A DNA stretch of 64,000 nt from an uncultured bacterium (GTDB lineage Bacteria; Chlamydiota; Chlamydiia; Chlamydiales; SM23-39): assembly GCA_963716985.1 (NCBI GenBank), contig OY970323.1, forward strand, positions 416,001 to 480,000, read 5' to 3'. A model generated the notes under the pieces. It saw only the letters and a list, made by a program, of their open reading frames with translations, searched no databases and was not told the DNA's origin. A program made the translations under genes and the position numbers. Shown in pieces: positions 30,464-41,198 of the stretch (its first letter is position 1; each line of letters begins with the position of its first letter).

Positions 30464-31705
30464 TTAAGAGAACGAACATTCCCAAAGAGTTGATAATGGA
30501 ATCGCAATGCGATTTTTTTGAAAAGCAACGACTTCTTTGCCGGGATAAAGAATAATGCCTCGAATCATTTTATCTCCCATCTCGTCGCCTAAAATATTCA
30601 ATCCTTTCCAATCCTCTGCAGAGATTGTTTCCGATGATTTCACCTCGATGCCAACAATTTGTCCGGCGCGATTTTCTAAAACAATATCTACTTCAGCCCC
30701 TGTTTGCGTGCGATAATGATAAAGTTCAATGGGTTGGAGGGCCCAGGTGGAAAGCTTTTTTAATTCGAGAAAAACAAAATTCTCCAAAATAGATCCTAGC
30801 AATCTTCCGTTTTCTAATAAGAGATCGTTCCCAACCCTGAGTTGGTTCATTAATAATCCCGTGTCTCCAAAATAAAGCTTGGGCATCTTAATTAAACGTT
30901 TTGTTCGATTCAGATGCCAGGCAGGTTGCCGTATGATCAGAAAGAGAGATTCTAAAAGAACCATGTAAAAATTTAACGTTGTATAAGGGATGGAGGAAAT
31001 GCGGCTCAGTTCGGACAGATTTAATAAATTTGCGCTACGGGTTGCTAAAATATTGAATAATTTAGCAATGTCCCTGGTCCGAGAAATATTTGCGATATCC
31101 TGAACATCTCTTTCTATAATTGTTGTTAACAAATTGTTATACCATCGATCGCGCATGACGGGGTCCAAAGGGAGAGCATCGGGATATCCCCCTCTGGCAA
31201 GAACTTCGATCATCTCTTTGCGATTCCAATGGGTTCCTTCAGAAAATACCGCAGCAGAATCGAATGCGAGCTCTAGAAAATGAGATTTTTTTTGTTGGAT
31301 TTCGCTCATGGAAAGCGGCCACAAATGGAGAATAAACATCCTGCCGGCTAATGAATCATTCAACTTTGGCGCTACCAGAGGATTGGCCGATCCGGTGAGG
31401 CCGAAAAAACCAGGGACTCTCTTTTGATCAACGCTTAATTTAATCGGAAGGGCGATTTGAGGAACTCGTTGCACTTCATCGATAATCACCGGCTTCGAAA
31501 GCGCTCCAATAAATCCTTCCGGGTCCTCTTGGGCCGCTGCAAGCTGTTTGAGCGTGTCGAAAGTGAGATAATCCATCCCAAGCTCTTCGCCAATGGCTTT
31601 CATTAAGGTTGTTTTTCCGCACTGACGTGGCCCAATAAGGAGCGTTACGGGACTGACCTTAAATGCTTGTAAGAGGCTGTCTTTTAGATGCCTAGCATAT
31701 ATCAT
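30464..31705 (-). CDS. AAA+ ATPase with DUF4143-type C-terminus
   Basis: GPRQCGKTT, IIDEVQR, LTGS, SLAGR, GGYP, PKLYFGDTGL, EVD...IEVK. Confidence 0.88.
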   Translation of the reverse strand: MIYARHLKDSLLQAFKVSPVTLLIGPRQCGKTTLMKAIGEELGMDYLTFDTLKQLAAAQEDPEGFIGALSKPVIIDEVQRVPQIALPIKLSVDQKRVPGFFGLTGSANPLVAPKLNDSLAGRMFILHLWPLSMSEIQQKKSHFLELAFDSAAVFSEGTHWNRKEMIEVLARGGYPDALPLDPVMRDRWYNNLLTTIIERDVQDIANISRTRDIAKLFNILATRSANLLNLSELSRISSIPYTTLNFYMVLLESLFLIIRQPAWHLNRTKRLIKMPKLYFGDTGLLMNQLRVGNDLLLENGRLLGSILENFVFLELKKLSTWALQPIELYHYRTQTGAEVDIVLENRAGQIVGIEVKSSETISAEDWKGLNILGDEMGDKMIRGIILYPGKEVVAFQKNRIAIPLSTLWECSFS

Positions 31706-31854
31706 GCAAAATTATCCATGTTTTAATTAAATATTATCCAAACTTTCGATAATTTTACATAAATATTGTAAGTTATTGAAAATTAATGACAAGTGGAGCT
31801 TTTTTGAGAGATGCGATAGGCCGTCAAAAAAAAGTTATCTTATAGCGGTTTCTT

Positions 31855-32100
31855 TTAGCAAAGTTTCGTTACCTTTTTTTCCGCTTGCCAAGCATAAATT
31901 TGGGCACGGTTTAAAGGTTCGCAGGGAAGTTTCTGCTTGGAAGCCCAAATGACCAAAATGGCCAGAGTACTGCTTGCGATTCCAAGAACGGGATCGATTT
32001 TGCAAGCAGTGTACATTCCCAAACCAATTATTGTGTATTTGGCAGCTGTTTGCAAAGGGGAGGGAATGGGGAGCAATTGTTTGAAATTTGAAACATGCAT
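31855..32100 (-). CDS. Small hypothetical membrane protein
   Basis: 81-aa ORF with AAGGA RBS and two hydrophobic stretches. Confidence 0.55.
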   Translation of the reverse strand: MHVSNFKQLLPIPSPLQTAAKYTIIGLGMYTACKIDPVLGIASSTLAILVIWASKQKLPCEPLNRAQIYAWQAEKKVTKLC

Positions 32101-32366
32101 AGATATCCTTATTTAATGGTTTTTAAATTATTAGAAAAAATTTTTTAAAGAGCCTATTCCTTGAACGAATTGCATTCCGGAATCATTTTGATAAGACCCA
32201 GGAACTGTTCTAAAAAAAATGGCTTAAAAGTATAAAGGATCCATCAATTTTTAAGAAGGCCAAAGATGTATGTATCGCTCATAAGAGTTTTTGTTGAAAG
32301 GCTCCTGTCTTTTCAATATTTTTTCTTGTCAGATAAAGGATTTTTACGATAATCTCTGCCCTCTTT

Positions 32367-32455
32367 GGAGGAGTGTCCGAGTGGCTGAAGGAGCACGCTT
32401 GGAAAGCGTGTATACGTCTCAAAGCGTATCGTGGGTTCGAATCCCACCTCCTCCG
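32367..32455 (+). tRNA. tRNA-Ser(GGA)
   Basis: GGAGGAG...CTCCTCCG acceptor, anticodon arm CACGC-TTGGAAA-GCGTG, long variable arm. Confidence 0.96.
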
Positions 32456-32479
32456 ATTGTTGAATTCTGGAGGAAAAGT

Positions 32480-32953
32480 GTGAAGTGTCCCTTTTGTCAT
32501 TTTGAAGAAACAAAGGTGACAGATTCCCGTTATGCGGCGGAAATGAATGCGATTCGCAGAAGAAGAGAGTGTCTTTCTTGCGCGAATCGTTTCACCACCT
32601 TTGAAACGGTTGATTTGACCTTGCAGGTTCTCAAACGAGATGGAACCTATGAGGATTTTAGCCAAGAAAAACTTTTTAAAGGGTTGGATGCGGCTTGTAA
32701 GCATTCGCGGGTTTCTCACGATCAAGTAAGAGAGCTTGTTTCGAAGATTTTAGTCGATCTTTTGACGCGCCAGATTCGGTCGATCCCGTCTCAGGAGCTC
32801 GGAGAAATTGTGATGCAACATTTGAAAGCATTAGATGTTGTTGCATATATTCGTTTTGCCTGTGTATATAAGCGATTTAAACACATAGAAGAGGTGATGA
32901 GGGCTATAGAGGTAGCCACGCGCTCTTCGGACCTTGAACCAAACAACCAATAA
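32480..32953 (+). CDS. nrdR: Transcriptional repressor NrdR
   Basis: KCPFC...VTDSR...IRRRRECLSC..RFTTFE, VAYIRFA; GTG start after GGAGG. Confidence 0.97.
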   Translation: MKCPFCHFEETKVTDSRYAAEMNAIRRRRECLSCANRFTTFETVDLTLQVLKRDGTYEDFSQEKLFKGLDAACKHSRVSHDQVRELVSKILVDLLTRQIRSIPSQELGEIVMQHLKALDVVAYIRFACVYKRFKHIEEVMRAIEVATRSSDLEPNNQ

Positions 32954-32964
32954 AGGGATGCGCT

Positions 32965-33330
32965 ATGCCGTTGCAGCCGGAAGAAATTGAAAGAGTTAAA
33001 AGAAAACTTGAGCATTTGAAAAATCAGATCACTCGCTCGATACAAGAGGCCAAAGAAGGAGTAAAGGAATTCGACGAGTCCAAGGGATATTCCCAGCATC
33101 AGGCCGACGAAGGAACGGATGACTTTGACAAGACGATCAGCTTAGAAGTTTCGAATAAGGAATTGACGATACTCAAACAGATCGAGCGTGCTTTGGAAAA
33201 AATTCAGGAGGGAACATATGGAATCTGCGATCTTTCGGGAAAAGAGATTCCCCGTGCTCGGCTCGAAGCAATTCCCTATGCAACAATGACGGTTGATGCA
33301 CAGGAAAAATGGGAAAAAGGAATTCTATGA
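32965..33330 (+). CDS. dksA: DksA/TraR-family transcription factor
   Basis: HQADEGTD coiled-coil tip, IERALEKI..GTYGIC...RLEAIPYA; chlamydial nrdR-dksA-lspA order. Confidence 0.92.
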   Translation: MPLQPEEIERVKRKLEHLKNQITRSIQEAKEGVKEFDESKGYSQHQADEGTDDFDKTISLEVSNKELTILKQIERALEKIQEGTYGICDLSGKEIPRARLEAIPYATMTVDAQEKWEKGIL

Positions 33331-33848
33331 AGCCTCCTCCCCTGCGAAAGGGAAAGATTGCGCTTTTCTTTGTTTTTTTATTGCTTTTTGATTTCCTTTC
33401 GAAGTACTACACCAATCTTTCGATCCCGAAGATGAGCTATTTGCATCCACTCTATCCTTTTGGAGGCATTCCCATTTTTCAGGATTTTTTGGGCAGCAGC
33501 CTTTCCATTAATTTTGTTCAGAATAAAGGCGCTGCATGGGGCCTTTTTTCCGGCATGCCCAACCTTTTATTTTATAGCCGCATCATCATTGTGATCGCAC
33601 TCATGGTCTACACGGTTTTTTTCAACTCTCAAAAAAAACGAGACCCTCCTCTTTTTTTGATTCTCACCGGCGCTTTGGGCAATATTCTGGACACCATCAT
33701 TTATGGTTATGTCGTCGATATGATCCATTTTACTTTTGGTAGTTACTCCTTTCCCGTTTTTAATTGCGCAGATGCGATGATTTTTTCCGGCATTTTTTGG
33801 CTTTTCCTTCTCTCTTTCAGGTGTTCCGGTTGTCAGAAGAGTGAATAA
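33327..33848 (+). CDS. lspA: Lipoprotein signal peptidase II
   Basis: NKGAAWG, GALGNILD, VVDMI, FPVFNCAD. Confidence 0.96.
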   Translation: MKPPPLRKGKIALFFVFLLLFDFLSKYYTNLSIPKMSYLHPLYPFGGIPIFQDFLGSSLSINFVQNKGAAWGLFSGMPNLLFYSRIIIVIALMVYTVFFNSQKKRDPPLFLILTGALGNILDTIIYGYVVDMIHFTFGSYSFPVFNCADAMIFSGIFWLFLLSFRCSGCQKSE

Positions 33849-33854
33849 AAATTT

Positions 33855-35102
33855 ATGATAGAAATTCTCTCCATTGGCAATGAAATTCTCTCCGGCTCGA
33901 TTGTCAATACGAATAGCGCTTTCATTGCCCAGGCTTTAAGAAAGAAAGGTTTTCCCGTTTCTCGGCAAACGGTTCTCGGGGATGATCCTGCCGCATTAAA
34001 AGAAGGGATCCAGCAAGCGATCGAGCGCTCCTCTCTGATTTTGACCACGGGGGGACTGGGCCCGACTTTTGATGATACGACGAAACAGGTTTTAGCGGAC
34101 CTTTTTAACGCCCCTCTTCGTATCCGTGATGAGGTGGTTTTCGATTTGAAAAAAAGGATCCCTCAATGTTCTTTTTTCGAGAATCAAGCACTTCTTCCTG
34201 AGGGAGCGCTTCTTTTGCCCAATCTTTTAGGAACCGCTCCGGGCTTTATTCTTTCTCTTGCGAAAACAACGCTCATTGCAATGCCGGGCGTCCCACAAGA
34301 AATGAAGCGTATGTTGGAACAAGAGGTGATTCCCTATCTTGAACAACATTTCCCGATTCAAGGGAGGCCCTACGAAGAGGATCTTTATTTCTCCCTCATT
34401 TCCGAAACAGAGCTCGATCCGATTGTCAAAGAAATGCAAGAGAAAACCAAACATCTTGAGATCGGCATTTACCCCTCCTTGGGACAGGTGCGCGTGCATC
34501 TTTCGCTCATGGAAAAAGACGAGAAAAAAGCAAAAGATCTGCTTTTTTCTTGTAGAGAAAAGCTCCAATCTCTTTTTCCCCATAATCTCTATCCCTCTTC
34601 GAAGGAATCTATTGCCGAGGTGGTCCAAGATCTTTTTTTATCGCAAAAGAAGAGACTGGCCCTTGCAGAGTCCTGCACAGGGGGCGCCCTTTCTGCCCTT
34701 TTGACGCAAATTCCTCACTCCTCTGAATATTTTTTAGGATCGATTGTTTGCTATTCCAACGAGATGAAGAGAAATCTCCTTAAGGTGCGGGCAAAAACTC
34801 TAAAAGAAAAAGGCGCTGTGAGCCGAGAGAGCGTTCTGGAGATGATCGAGGGAATTTTTCACCTGACTAAAGCAGACTATGCTCTTGCAATTTCAGGAAT
34901 TGCAGGGCCTGGCGGAGAAACAAAAGATCTTCCTGTTGGAAGCGTTTATATAGGTGTTGGAAAGAGGGGGGGGAAGAGCGATGCGGGATTGATCCATGCT
35001 CCGAAAGACCGCCTTTCGGTCATTGAGTATAGCGCCCATTTTGCCCTGTCGCTGCTTTGGAGAAGATTGGCCTTTAATCTTTTTTACTTTGAGCCCTTAT
35101 GA
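33855..35102 (+). CDS. cinA: CinA-family protein (MoCF-like domain plus NMN deamidase)
   Basis: IGNEILSG..VNTN, TTGGLGPTFDD, ALAESCTGG, GAVS, ISGIAGPGG. Confidence 0.93.
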   Translation: MIEILSIGNEILSGSIVNTNSAFIAQALRKKGFPVSRQTVLGDDPAALKEGIQQAIERSSLILTTGGLGPTFDDTTKQVLADLFNAPLRIRDEVVFDLKKRIPQCSFFENQALLPEGALLLPNLLGTAPGFILSLAKTTLIAMPGVPQEMKRMLEQEVIPYLEQHFPIQGRPYEEDLYFSLISETELDPIVKEMQEKTKHLEIGIYPSLGQVRVHLSLMEKDEKKAKDLLFSCREKLQSLFPHNLYPSSKESIAEVVQDLFLSQKKRLALAESCTGGALSALLTQIPHSSEYFLGSIVCYSNEMKRNLLKVRAKTLKEKGAVSRESVLEMIEGIFHLTKADYALAISGIAGPGGETKDLPVGSVYIGVGKRGGKSDAGLIHAPKDRLSVIEYSAHFALSLLWRRLAFNLFYFEPL

Positions 35103-35920
35103 AAGATCCCTATCTGCTTCTCGATAGCGGCGGTGAACGGAAGCTGGAACAGTTGGGCAAATATTTGATCATCCGTCCCTCTGCGGCCTCTATCTGGAAA
35201 CCTTCTTTGGAAAAAGAAAGGTGGGAAGATGCCGATGCAATGTTCACGAGAGAAGATGGATGGGTGTTCAAGAAGACGATTCCTGCATCCTGGGAAACCG
35301 AACTCTCATCTCTTCGTTTTTTGATGAAGACGACTCCCTTTGGCCATGTAGGACTTTTTCCCGAACACGAGCTTCTTTGGCAGTGGATGGAAAAGAGAAT
35401 CTCCTCCTCTTCAAACATATTAAACCTCTTTGCCTATACGGGAGGAGCGAGTCTTGTATGCGCGCGAAAGGGAGCTTCCGTCTGTCATGTAGACGCCTCC
35501 GCTCCCGTTGTTTCCTGGGCCAGGGAAAATGCCAAGATCAATCATCTGGAAAACGCAAAGATTCGCTGGATCGTCGATGATGTGGTCAAGTTTTTGAAGC
35601 GCGAGCTCAAAAGAGGATCTTTTTATGATGGTATTTTGTTAGACCCCCCCACTTTTGGCAGAGGAACAAAAAATGAAGTGTTCAAAATCGAAAGAGATCT
35701 GAGTGAAATTTTGGATTTTTGTCTGGCCCTGCTGTCCGAACAGCCTTTGTTTCTGATTCTCTCTTGCCATACGCCCGGATGGACTCCGCTGGTGATGAAA
35801 AATTTGATGGAGCAGCAAATGAAAGGAAAAATGGGAGTGGTGGAGGTCGGCGAGATGCTTCTCCCTTCTTCCTCTTCTTTTTCCATCCCCTCGGGAAGCT
35901 TTGCGAGGTGGCATTCATGA
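35099..35920 (+). CDS. Class I SAM-dependent (RlmI/RlmK-like) methyltransferase
   Basis: GHVGLFPE, LNLFAYTGG, VDAS, ILLDPPTFGRG. Confidence 0.88.
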   Translation: MKDPYLLLDSGGERKLEQLGKYLIIRPSAASIWKPSLEKERWEDADAMFTREDGWVFKKTIPASWETELSSLRFLMKTTPFGHVGLFPEHELLWQWMEKRISSSSNILNLFAYTGGASLVCARKGASVCHVDASAPVVSWARENAKINHLENAKIRWIVDDVVKFLKRELKRGSFYDGILLDPPTFGRGTKNEVFKIERDLSEILDFCLALLSEQPLFLILSCHTPGWTPLVMKNLMEQQMKGKMGVVEVGEMLLPSSSSFSIPSGSFARWHS

Positions 35921-36726
35921 TATTCACGAGCATGAAAAATCCTCATATTCAAGAGGTGCAGGCGTTAAAGGAAAGAAGGGAACGAGATGCAAAGAGTCTC
36001 TTCCTGATCGAAGGGTATCGAGAATTGATGCGCGCCCATAAAGGCAGCATCAAAATAAAGGCCCTCTATATCTGCCGGCAATTCTTCCTGAAAGAAAACG
36101 AAGAAGCGCTCATTCAAGAGTTTCAAAAAAAGAAAGTGGCAGTCAACGAATGCTCTCCCTATGTTTTTGAAAAGATCTCTTATCGCGACCGGCCCGACGG
36201 CCTCATTGCAATTGCTCTTCAGGAACATAGGAGCATCCAAGACTTAGAAAATCGGCTCGAAAAGAAAAAAAATCCATTTTTACTAGTCGCGGAGTCAATT
36301 GAAAAGCCGGGCAATCTTGGAACCATTTTGCGCTCTGCCGATGCAGCGGGCGTGGACGGGGTGGTTGTGTGCGATGCATGCACGGACATATTCAATCCCA
36401 ATGTCGTCCGCGCGAGCGTGGGCACCCTTTTTACCCAGCCTGTTTTCGAAACAACGACCGAGGACCTTCTTCCCTTTTTGAAAAGGAAAAAGATCTCCAT
36501 TGTGGCTGCAACGCCCAATGCAGAAAAGGAGTTTACCGATGCGGATTTGACAAAGCCGCTTGCGATTGTTGTGGGAAGCGAACAATATGGGCTTTCGGAA
36601 AAATGGATGAAAGAGTGCGATCTTCAAATCAAAATTCCGATGTTGGGAATTGCCGATTCTTTAAACGTTGCAACAGCCAGCACCCTGCTTCTTTATGAAG
36701 TCCTCAGACAAAGAAACTCCCTTTAA
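35917..36726 (+). CDS. TrmH/SpoU-family RNA methyltransferase
   Basis: EKPGNLGTILRSADAAG, VGSEQYG, IPM.GIADSLNVA; start at ATG 35917 overlapping the upstream stop. Confidence 0.92.
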   Translation: MIFTSMKNPHIQEVQALKERRERDAKSLFLIEGYRELMRAHKGSIKIKALYICRQFFLKENEEALIQEFQKKKVAVNECSPYVFEKISYRDRPDGLIAIALQEHRSIQDLENRLEKKKNPFLLVAESIEKPGNLGTILRSADAAGVDGVVVCDACTDIFNPNVVRASVGTLFTQPVFETTTEDLLPFLKRKKISIVAATPNAEKEFTDADLTKPLAIVVGSEQYGLSEKWMKECDLQIKIPMLGIADSLNVATASTLLLYEVLRQRNSL

Positions 36727-37372
36727 AATCCTTTTTTCCGACAACCATCTGCTCGTCGTTGAAAAAAAAGCGAATCTTTTGACTCAGCCCAATGAGACAA
36801 ACGAAGAAAATCTCGAAGATCTTCTCAAAAAATGGGTCAAAGAAGAGTTTCGCAAACCGGGAAAGGTTTTTTTGCATTGCGTTCATCGCCTGGACAAGCC
36901 CGTGAGCGGAATTGTCGTGTTTGCAAGAACGTCGAAGGCACTCTCCCGCCTCAATGAGCAGGTCAGGGCCAAAAGTTGGCGCCGCATCTATCTTGCGATT
37001 GTGGAGGGAAGGGTAGAAACAAAGCAGCAGAGGGTCGTTCATGGGTTGGTCCACGGCTCTCATAGGGCAGAAATCGTATCTCCGGAAGATCCCGAAGCAA
37101 AAAAAGCGGAGCTTTTACTTTCCGTTAAAGAGAGGGGAAAGAGATTTACTCTCGTTATGATCGAACTATTGACGGGAAGATATCACCAGATCCGCGCCCA
37201 AATGGCCGCGCTTGGGCATCCGATTGCGGGAGATCAGAAATATGGAAGCAGATGCAAATGCAGCCGGCTTTTTCTTCACCAAGAAGAGTTGGAGCTGGCC
37301 CATCCCGTTACGAGGGAAAAAATGACCTTTCGCTCAAAGCCGTTCTTTTCCCTGAAAGATGTGGAAGGTTAA
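36695..37372 (+). CDS. RluA-family pseudouridine synthase
   Basis: VHRLDKPVSG, TGRYHQIRAQM, GHPIAGDQKYG, LFLH. Confidence 0.93.
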   Translation: MKSSDKETPFKILFSDNHLLVVEKKANLLTQPNETNEENLEDLLKKWVKEEFRKPGKVFLHCVHRLDKPVSGIVVFARTSKALSRLNEQVRAKSWRRIYLAIVEGRVETKQQRVVHGLVHGSHRAEIVSPEDPEAKKAELLLSVKERGKRFTLVMIELLTGRYHQIRAQMAALGHPIAGDQKYGSRCKCSRLFLHQEELELAHPVTREKMTFRSKPFFSLKDVEG

Positions 37373-37425
37373 GTTCCGGGCGGGCAATCAAAGGATCTGT
37401 TTTCGTTGCGGTCCCCCGTTTCTTT

Positions 37426-38169
37426 TCAGGGGAAATGGGCTTTTTGCGAGAGGGATTTCCATTCGATTATTCCCGTTCCCGACCAGTGGCCGAATGAGGT
37501 GAGATCGAGTTTGGGGTAAGAAACCTCTCTCCACATTTTGAGCATGGTCCACACGCGGATGTCATCTAAAATAAGATAGGGTAGTTTTCGAAAAGAGATC
37601 CTTTGAAAGTTATCCAAAATTTTTTTCTCCAAAAGACCGTCATGAGTAGCATCGATAAAGATCAGGTCGGCCTGCTGCAGAAGAGATTGATAGCGAATCT
37701 GCTCTTTTTCTAAAGAAAGGTCCGCTATTTCCTGTTTTAGGACACCGTTTTCAAAATCTTTTTCTTGAAGGATGGTGCGATCATCCTCTTTCCAGGAGCG
37801 CAAATCAAAGGTTGTGATTGTTCCGTCTAAAGGAAGGTGCTGCTTTAACGCAAGAGCGGACATGCCTGTGTATGTGCCGATTTCAATGATGCATTTGGGC
37901 TCAAGCGCTTGGACAAAACCTGCTAAAAGTTTGTAGTGCTCTCCGGGCCAAAGGTTGGGGTAATAGGGAGGCGATTGGAGACGGCTTGCAATCGAAGAGA
38001 GATCGATTGCGGAGGCCAGGCGGATGGCTTCTAAAGAGAGGGCGAGCAAAGAGTCGGTGACGAGGGCTGGATCGTCGTGTTGGGAAAAGATCATCGAATA
38101 CTCTCCATGCGCCGCTTGCACGGGCGGAGGGAGGAGATCCTTGGGTTTAAGCTTTTTTCGGAAAAACAT
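37426..38169 (-). CDS. Class I SAM-dependent methyltransferase (O-methyltransferase-like)
   Basis: IIEIGTYTGMS, DLIFIDATH, ILDDI. Confidence 0.75.
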   Translation of the reverse strand: MFFRKKLKPKDLLPPPVQAAHGEYSMIFSQHDDPALVTDSLLALSLEAIRLASAIDLSSIASRLQSPPYYPNLWPGEHYKLLAGFVQALEPKCIIEIGTYTGMSALALKQHLPLDGTITTFDLRSWKEDDRTILQEKDFENGVLKQEIADLSLEKEQIRYQSLLQQADLIFIDATHDGLLEKKILDNFQRISFRKLPYLILDDIRVWTMLKMWREVSYPKLDLTSFGHWSGTGIIEWKSLSQKAHFP

Positions 38170-38252
38170 CAAAACCCTCTTCTTCTGAATGGATTCAAAA
38201 GAATGCTTTTTTTATCATGTTCGCTTGAATCATAAACAGGGGTTTCTTTTTT

Positions 38253-38861
38253 ATGAAGGAAGATATCCGAAAAGCAGTGGAAGACGGAATCAAAGCGATT
38301 GAGTTTTTGCATCTGCCGCAATCGGTGGCGTTTATTGAAAAGGCAAGCGATTGGATCGTTGATTGCTTTGAAAAAAAGGGCAAGCTCATTATTGCCGGAA
38401 ATGGGGGAAGCCTTTGCGATGCGATGCATTTTGCTGAAGAGCTGACGGGTTTTTTTCGCCAAAAAAGAAGAGCTCTTGCGGCGATTGCTCTTTCCGATCC
38501 CGGTCATTTGAGCTGTACGGGAAATGACGTAGGTTTTGATTTTGTTTTTTCAAGAGGCGTCGAAGCGCTTGGAAGAGAGGGAGATCTTTTCATCTGCTTG
38601 ACAACGAGCGGGAATTCGATGAATCTTTTGCATGCAAACCAGACGGCCAGCGAGATGGGGTTGAAAACGATTTCGTTTCTCGGGAAAGGAGGGGGAAAAC
38701 TTAAGGGAAAGAGCGATCTTGAATGGATTGTCGAAGGATTTGCCACTTCCGATCGGATCCAAGAAGCTCATATGACGGCGATCCATATCCTGATTGAAAT
38801 TGTGGAAAAAAAACTAAAACTTTGTACGCAGATACCTCGGAAAACATGCGGCCCTCACTAA
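38253..38861 (+). CDS. gmhA: Phosphoheptose (sedoheptulose-7-P) isomerase
   Basis: GNGGSLCDAMHFAEEL, GND, TSGNS, DRIQEAHM. Confidence 0.93.
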   Translation: MKEDIRKAVEDGIKAIEFLHLPQSVAFIEKASDWIVDCFEKKGKLIIAGNGGSLCDAMHFAEELTGFFRQKRRALAAIALSDPGHLSCTGNDVGFDFVFSRGVEALGREGDLFICLTTSGNSMNLLHANQTASEMGLKTISFLGKGGGKLKGKSDLEWIVEGFATSDRIQEAHMTAIHILIEIVEKKLKLCTQIPRKTCGPH

Positions 38862-39961
38862 GAGAAATTGTGAAGAAAGGAGATCTGCTTTTCCGGGGCA
38901 AAAGATATGCGCAAAGAAGGGGTTTTTTCCCCTTTTTTTTTCGAGCCATTCTGCGGGTGGTCGGTTTTTTCTGGGGTTTCGTTTCAAGAGTCAGAAATTT
39001 TGGCTACGATCATCGAATACTTCCAATAAGAAAAGTTTCTGCCTTTGTGGTGAGCATCGGAAATCTCGTTGCAGGCGGCACGGGAAAGACTCCGCTAACT
39101 CTTCTTATAGCGAAAAAATTGATCGAAAGGGAGTGCTCTCTTGCCATCCTATCTCGCGGATATGGATCTTTTTCGGAAAGAGAAAAGAGGCCCAAGCGGC
39201 TCTCGTCGAATGACCACTGGGCACAAGCGGGGGATGAGCCCTTCCTTTTTCAAGAGAGGCTGCAAGAGAAGGCCGACGTCTTTGTGGGCCGGGATCGTTT
39301 GTACTCAGCGCAAATGGCAGAGAGAAGCGGCAGCCGCATATTGCTTCTGGACGATGGCATGCAGTATCGCTTACTACATCGGGACTTGGAGATTACACTG
39401 CTCAACGGCCACGATCTTTTTGGCCAAGAGGCATTTTTGCCGGCGGGGTTTTTACGAGAAAGCCCCAGAGGGCTGAAGAGAAGCGACTATATCATTGTGA
39501 ACCACGTACAAAGCAAAGAACATTTTGAAAGGGTCAAAGAAAGGATTGGATCTTTTGCTAAGAAGCCTTTGATCGGAATGAGCCCTATTCTTTCTTCGAT
39601 CAAAAACTTGAACGGCAACAAGGTGGAAAGAGAAAATGGTCCCGTTGCCCTTTTTTGCGGGATTGCACAGCCGCATCTTTTTTACGGTCTTGTGAAAAAA
39701 TCTGGATTTTCGATTGTCCAAACGCTTTTTTTGCCGGATCACGGATTTCTTTCTTATGAAGATCTGCTCATTTTTGCGGCATCTGCAAAAGAGATAGGAG
39801 CCTGCTGCATTCTTTGTACCGAAAAAGATCGAGTCAAGCTCAATCCAAAAGCGCTCTTGTCTCTTCCTGTTCACTATGTGGAAATGGAGCTTGATATTGT
39901 CCAGGGAAAAGAAATTTTTGAACGACTGATCCAACGAATCGTCTCCTCTTGCAAAAGATAA
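38846..39961 (+). CDS. lpxK: Tetraacyldisaccharide 4'-kinase
   Basis: SIGNLVAGGTGKTP, LSRGYG, GDEP, LLDDGMQ, TEKD.VKL. Confidence 0.95.
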   Translation: MRPSLREIVKKGDLLFRGKRYAQRRGFFPFFFRAILRVVGFFWGFVSRVRNFGYDHRILPIRKVSAFVVSIGNLVAGGTGKTPLTLLIAKKLIERECSLAILSRGYGSFSEREKRPKRLSSNDHWAQAGDEPFLFQERLQEKADVFVGRDRLYSAQMAERSGSRILLLDDGMQYRLLHRDLEITLLNGHDLFGQEAFLPAGFLRESPRGLKRSDYIIVNHVQSKEHFERVKERIGSFAKKPLIGMSPILSSIKNLNGNKVERENGPVALFCGIAQPHLFYGLVKKSGFSIVQTLFLPDHGFLSYEDLLIFAASAKEIGACCILCTEKDRVKLNPKALLSLPVHYVEMELDIVQGKEIFERLIQRIVSSCKR

Positions 39962-40058
39962 AATAGTTTTTGCAAAACTGTTCGTTTTTCATGCTCTCTT
40001 CTTGATTTTTTTCTCTTTCTTCTCAATGATGAAGCCTTGCGTTTTTTAAGGAAAAATT

Positions 40059-41198
40059 ATGGAAATCATGATCATTCTTCCAAAATTGGGAGAAAGTAGC
40101 CACCATGCGACCATTGTGCAATGGCTCAAGAAAGAGGGCGATGCCGTAGCAAAAGACGAGGCTTTAGTGGAAGTTGCGACGGATAAGGTGAACAGCGAAA
40201 TTCCATCTACCGCCCAAGGCGTTTTGAAAAAAATCTTATGCGACGCAGGAAAAGAGATCGCGGTCGGCGATGCGATTGCAATCATCGAAACGGAAAAAGA
40301 ATCTTTTTCTCTTCCTCAAGAGGCGCTTTTTGAGAAGAAAGAAACGATCGCATCCTCTGAGGACTTTTTCTCGCCGGCTGTCTTGAAGCTCTGCCGCGAC
40401 CATCAGATTTCGATGGAAGAGGCAAGAAACATCCCAAGGCAAAACGCTCATGGGCGCCTTTCAAAAAAAGACGTGGAGCAATACCTCGAAAAAAGAAAGG
40501 AGTCACCGAAAAAAACGATTCTGATGGGAAGCATGCGAAAAGCGATTGCCGAAAACATGCTGCTCTCTTCCAGAGAGATTCCTGCGGCCTCCTTGATCAC
40601 GAAAGTGGATGTGACCTCTCTCGTGAAATGGATGGCGGCCCATAAGGAAAGTCTATTGAAGAAGACCGGCGTCAGAATTTCCATTACTGCTTTTGTCCTC
40701 CATGCGCTTGCCGAGTCGTTGAAAGAATATCCTTTGGTCAATGCTTCCTTGAAGGGCGACGAGGTGGTTTTCCATTCCGATGCCCATATCGGCGTTGCGG
40801 TCCATGTGGAGGGAGGCCTTCTTGTGCCCATCATCCGCAGTTGTCAGAAGAAGGGTGTCTTTGCATGTGCAAAGGAATTGCAAGAGGTGGCGGCCATGGC
40901 AAGAGAGGGAAAGCTTTCCTTAGATCAGCTCAAGGGAGGGACCATCACGCTCACCAATTTTGGAATGACGGGCATCCAGATGGGATTTCCCATCATCCGG
41001 TATCCCGAAGTGGCCATTTTGGGGATGGGAGCGATCCATAAAGAGCTTGTGATTCACCCGGACGACACGACATCGATCGGATCCATGCTTTATCTTTCCT
41101 TGAGTTTTGACCACCGTCTTTTCGACGGGATCTATGCATGCCATTTTCTTCGAAAGGTGCAAACCTATTTAGAAACGAACCATTCGGTGGTGGTATGA
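40059..41198 (+). CDS. 2-oxoacid dehydrogenase E2 (dihydrolipoamide acyltransferase)
   Basis: Lipoyl motif EVATDKVNSEIP, E3-binding segment, GGTITLTNFG, DHRLFDG. Confidence 0.93.
   Translation: MEIMIILPKLGESSHHATIVQWLKKEGDAVAKDEALVEVATDKVNSEIPSTAQGVLKKILCDAGKEIAVGDAIAIIETEKESFSLPQEALFEKKETIASSEDFFSPAVLKLCRDHQISMEEARNIPRQNAHGRLSKKDVEQYLEKRKESPKKTILMGSMRKAIAENMLLSSREIPAASLITKVDVTSLVKWMAAHKESLLKKTGVRISITAFVLHALAESLKEYPLVNASLKGDEVVFHSDAHIGVAVHVEGGLLVPIIRSCQKKGVFACAKELQEVAAMAREGKLSLDQLKGGTITLTNFGMTGIQMGFPIIRYPEVAILGMGAIHKELVIHPDDTTSIGSMLYLSLSFDHRLFDGIYACHFLRKVQTYLETNHSVVV

Noticed and set aside
32965..33330. DksA with only one Cys of the zinc finger
   Set aside because: Matches the known Chlamydia DksA pattern; not novel.
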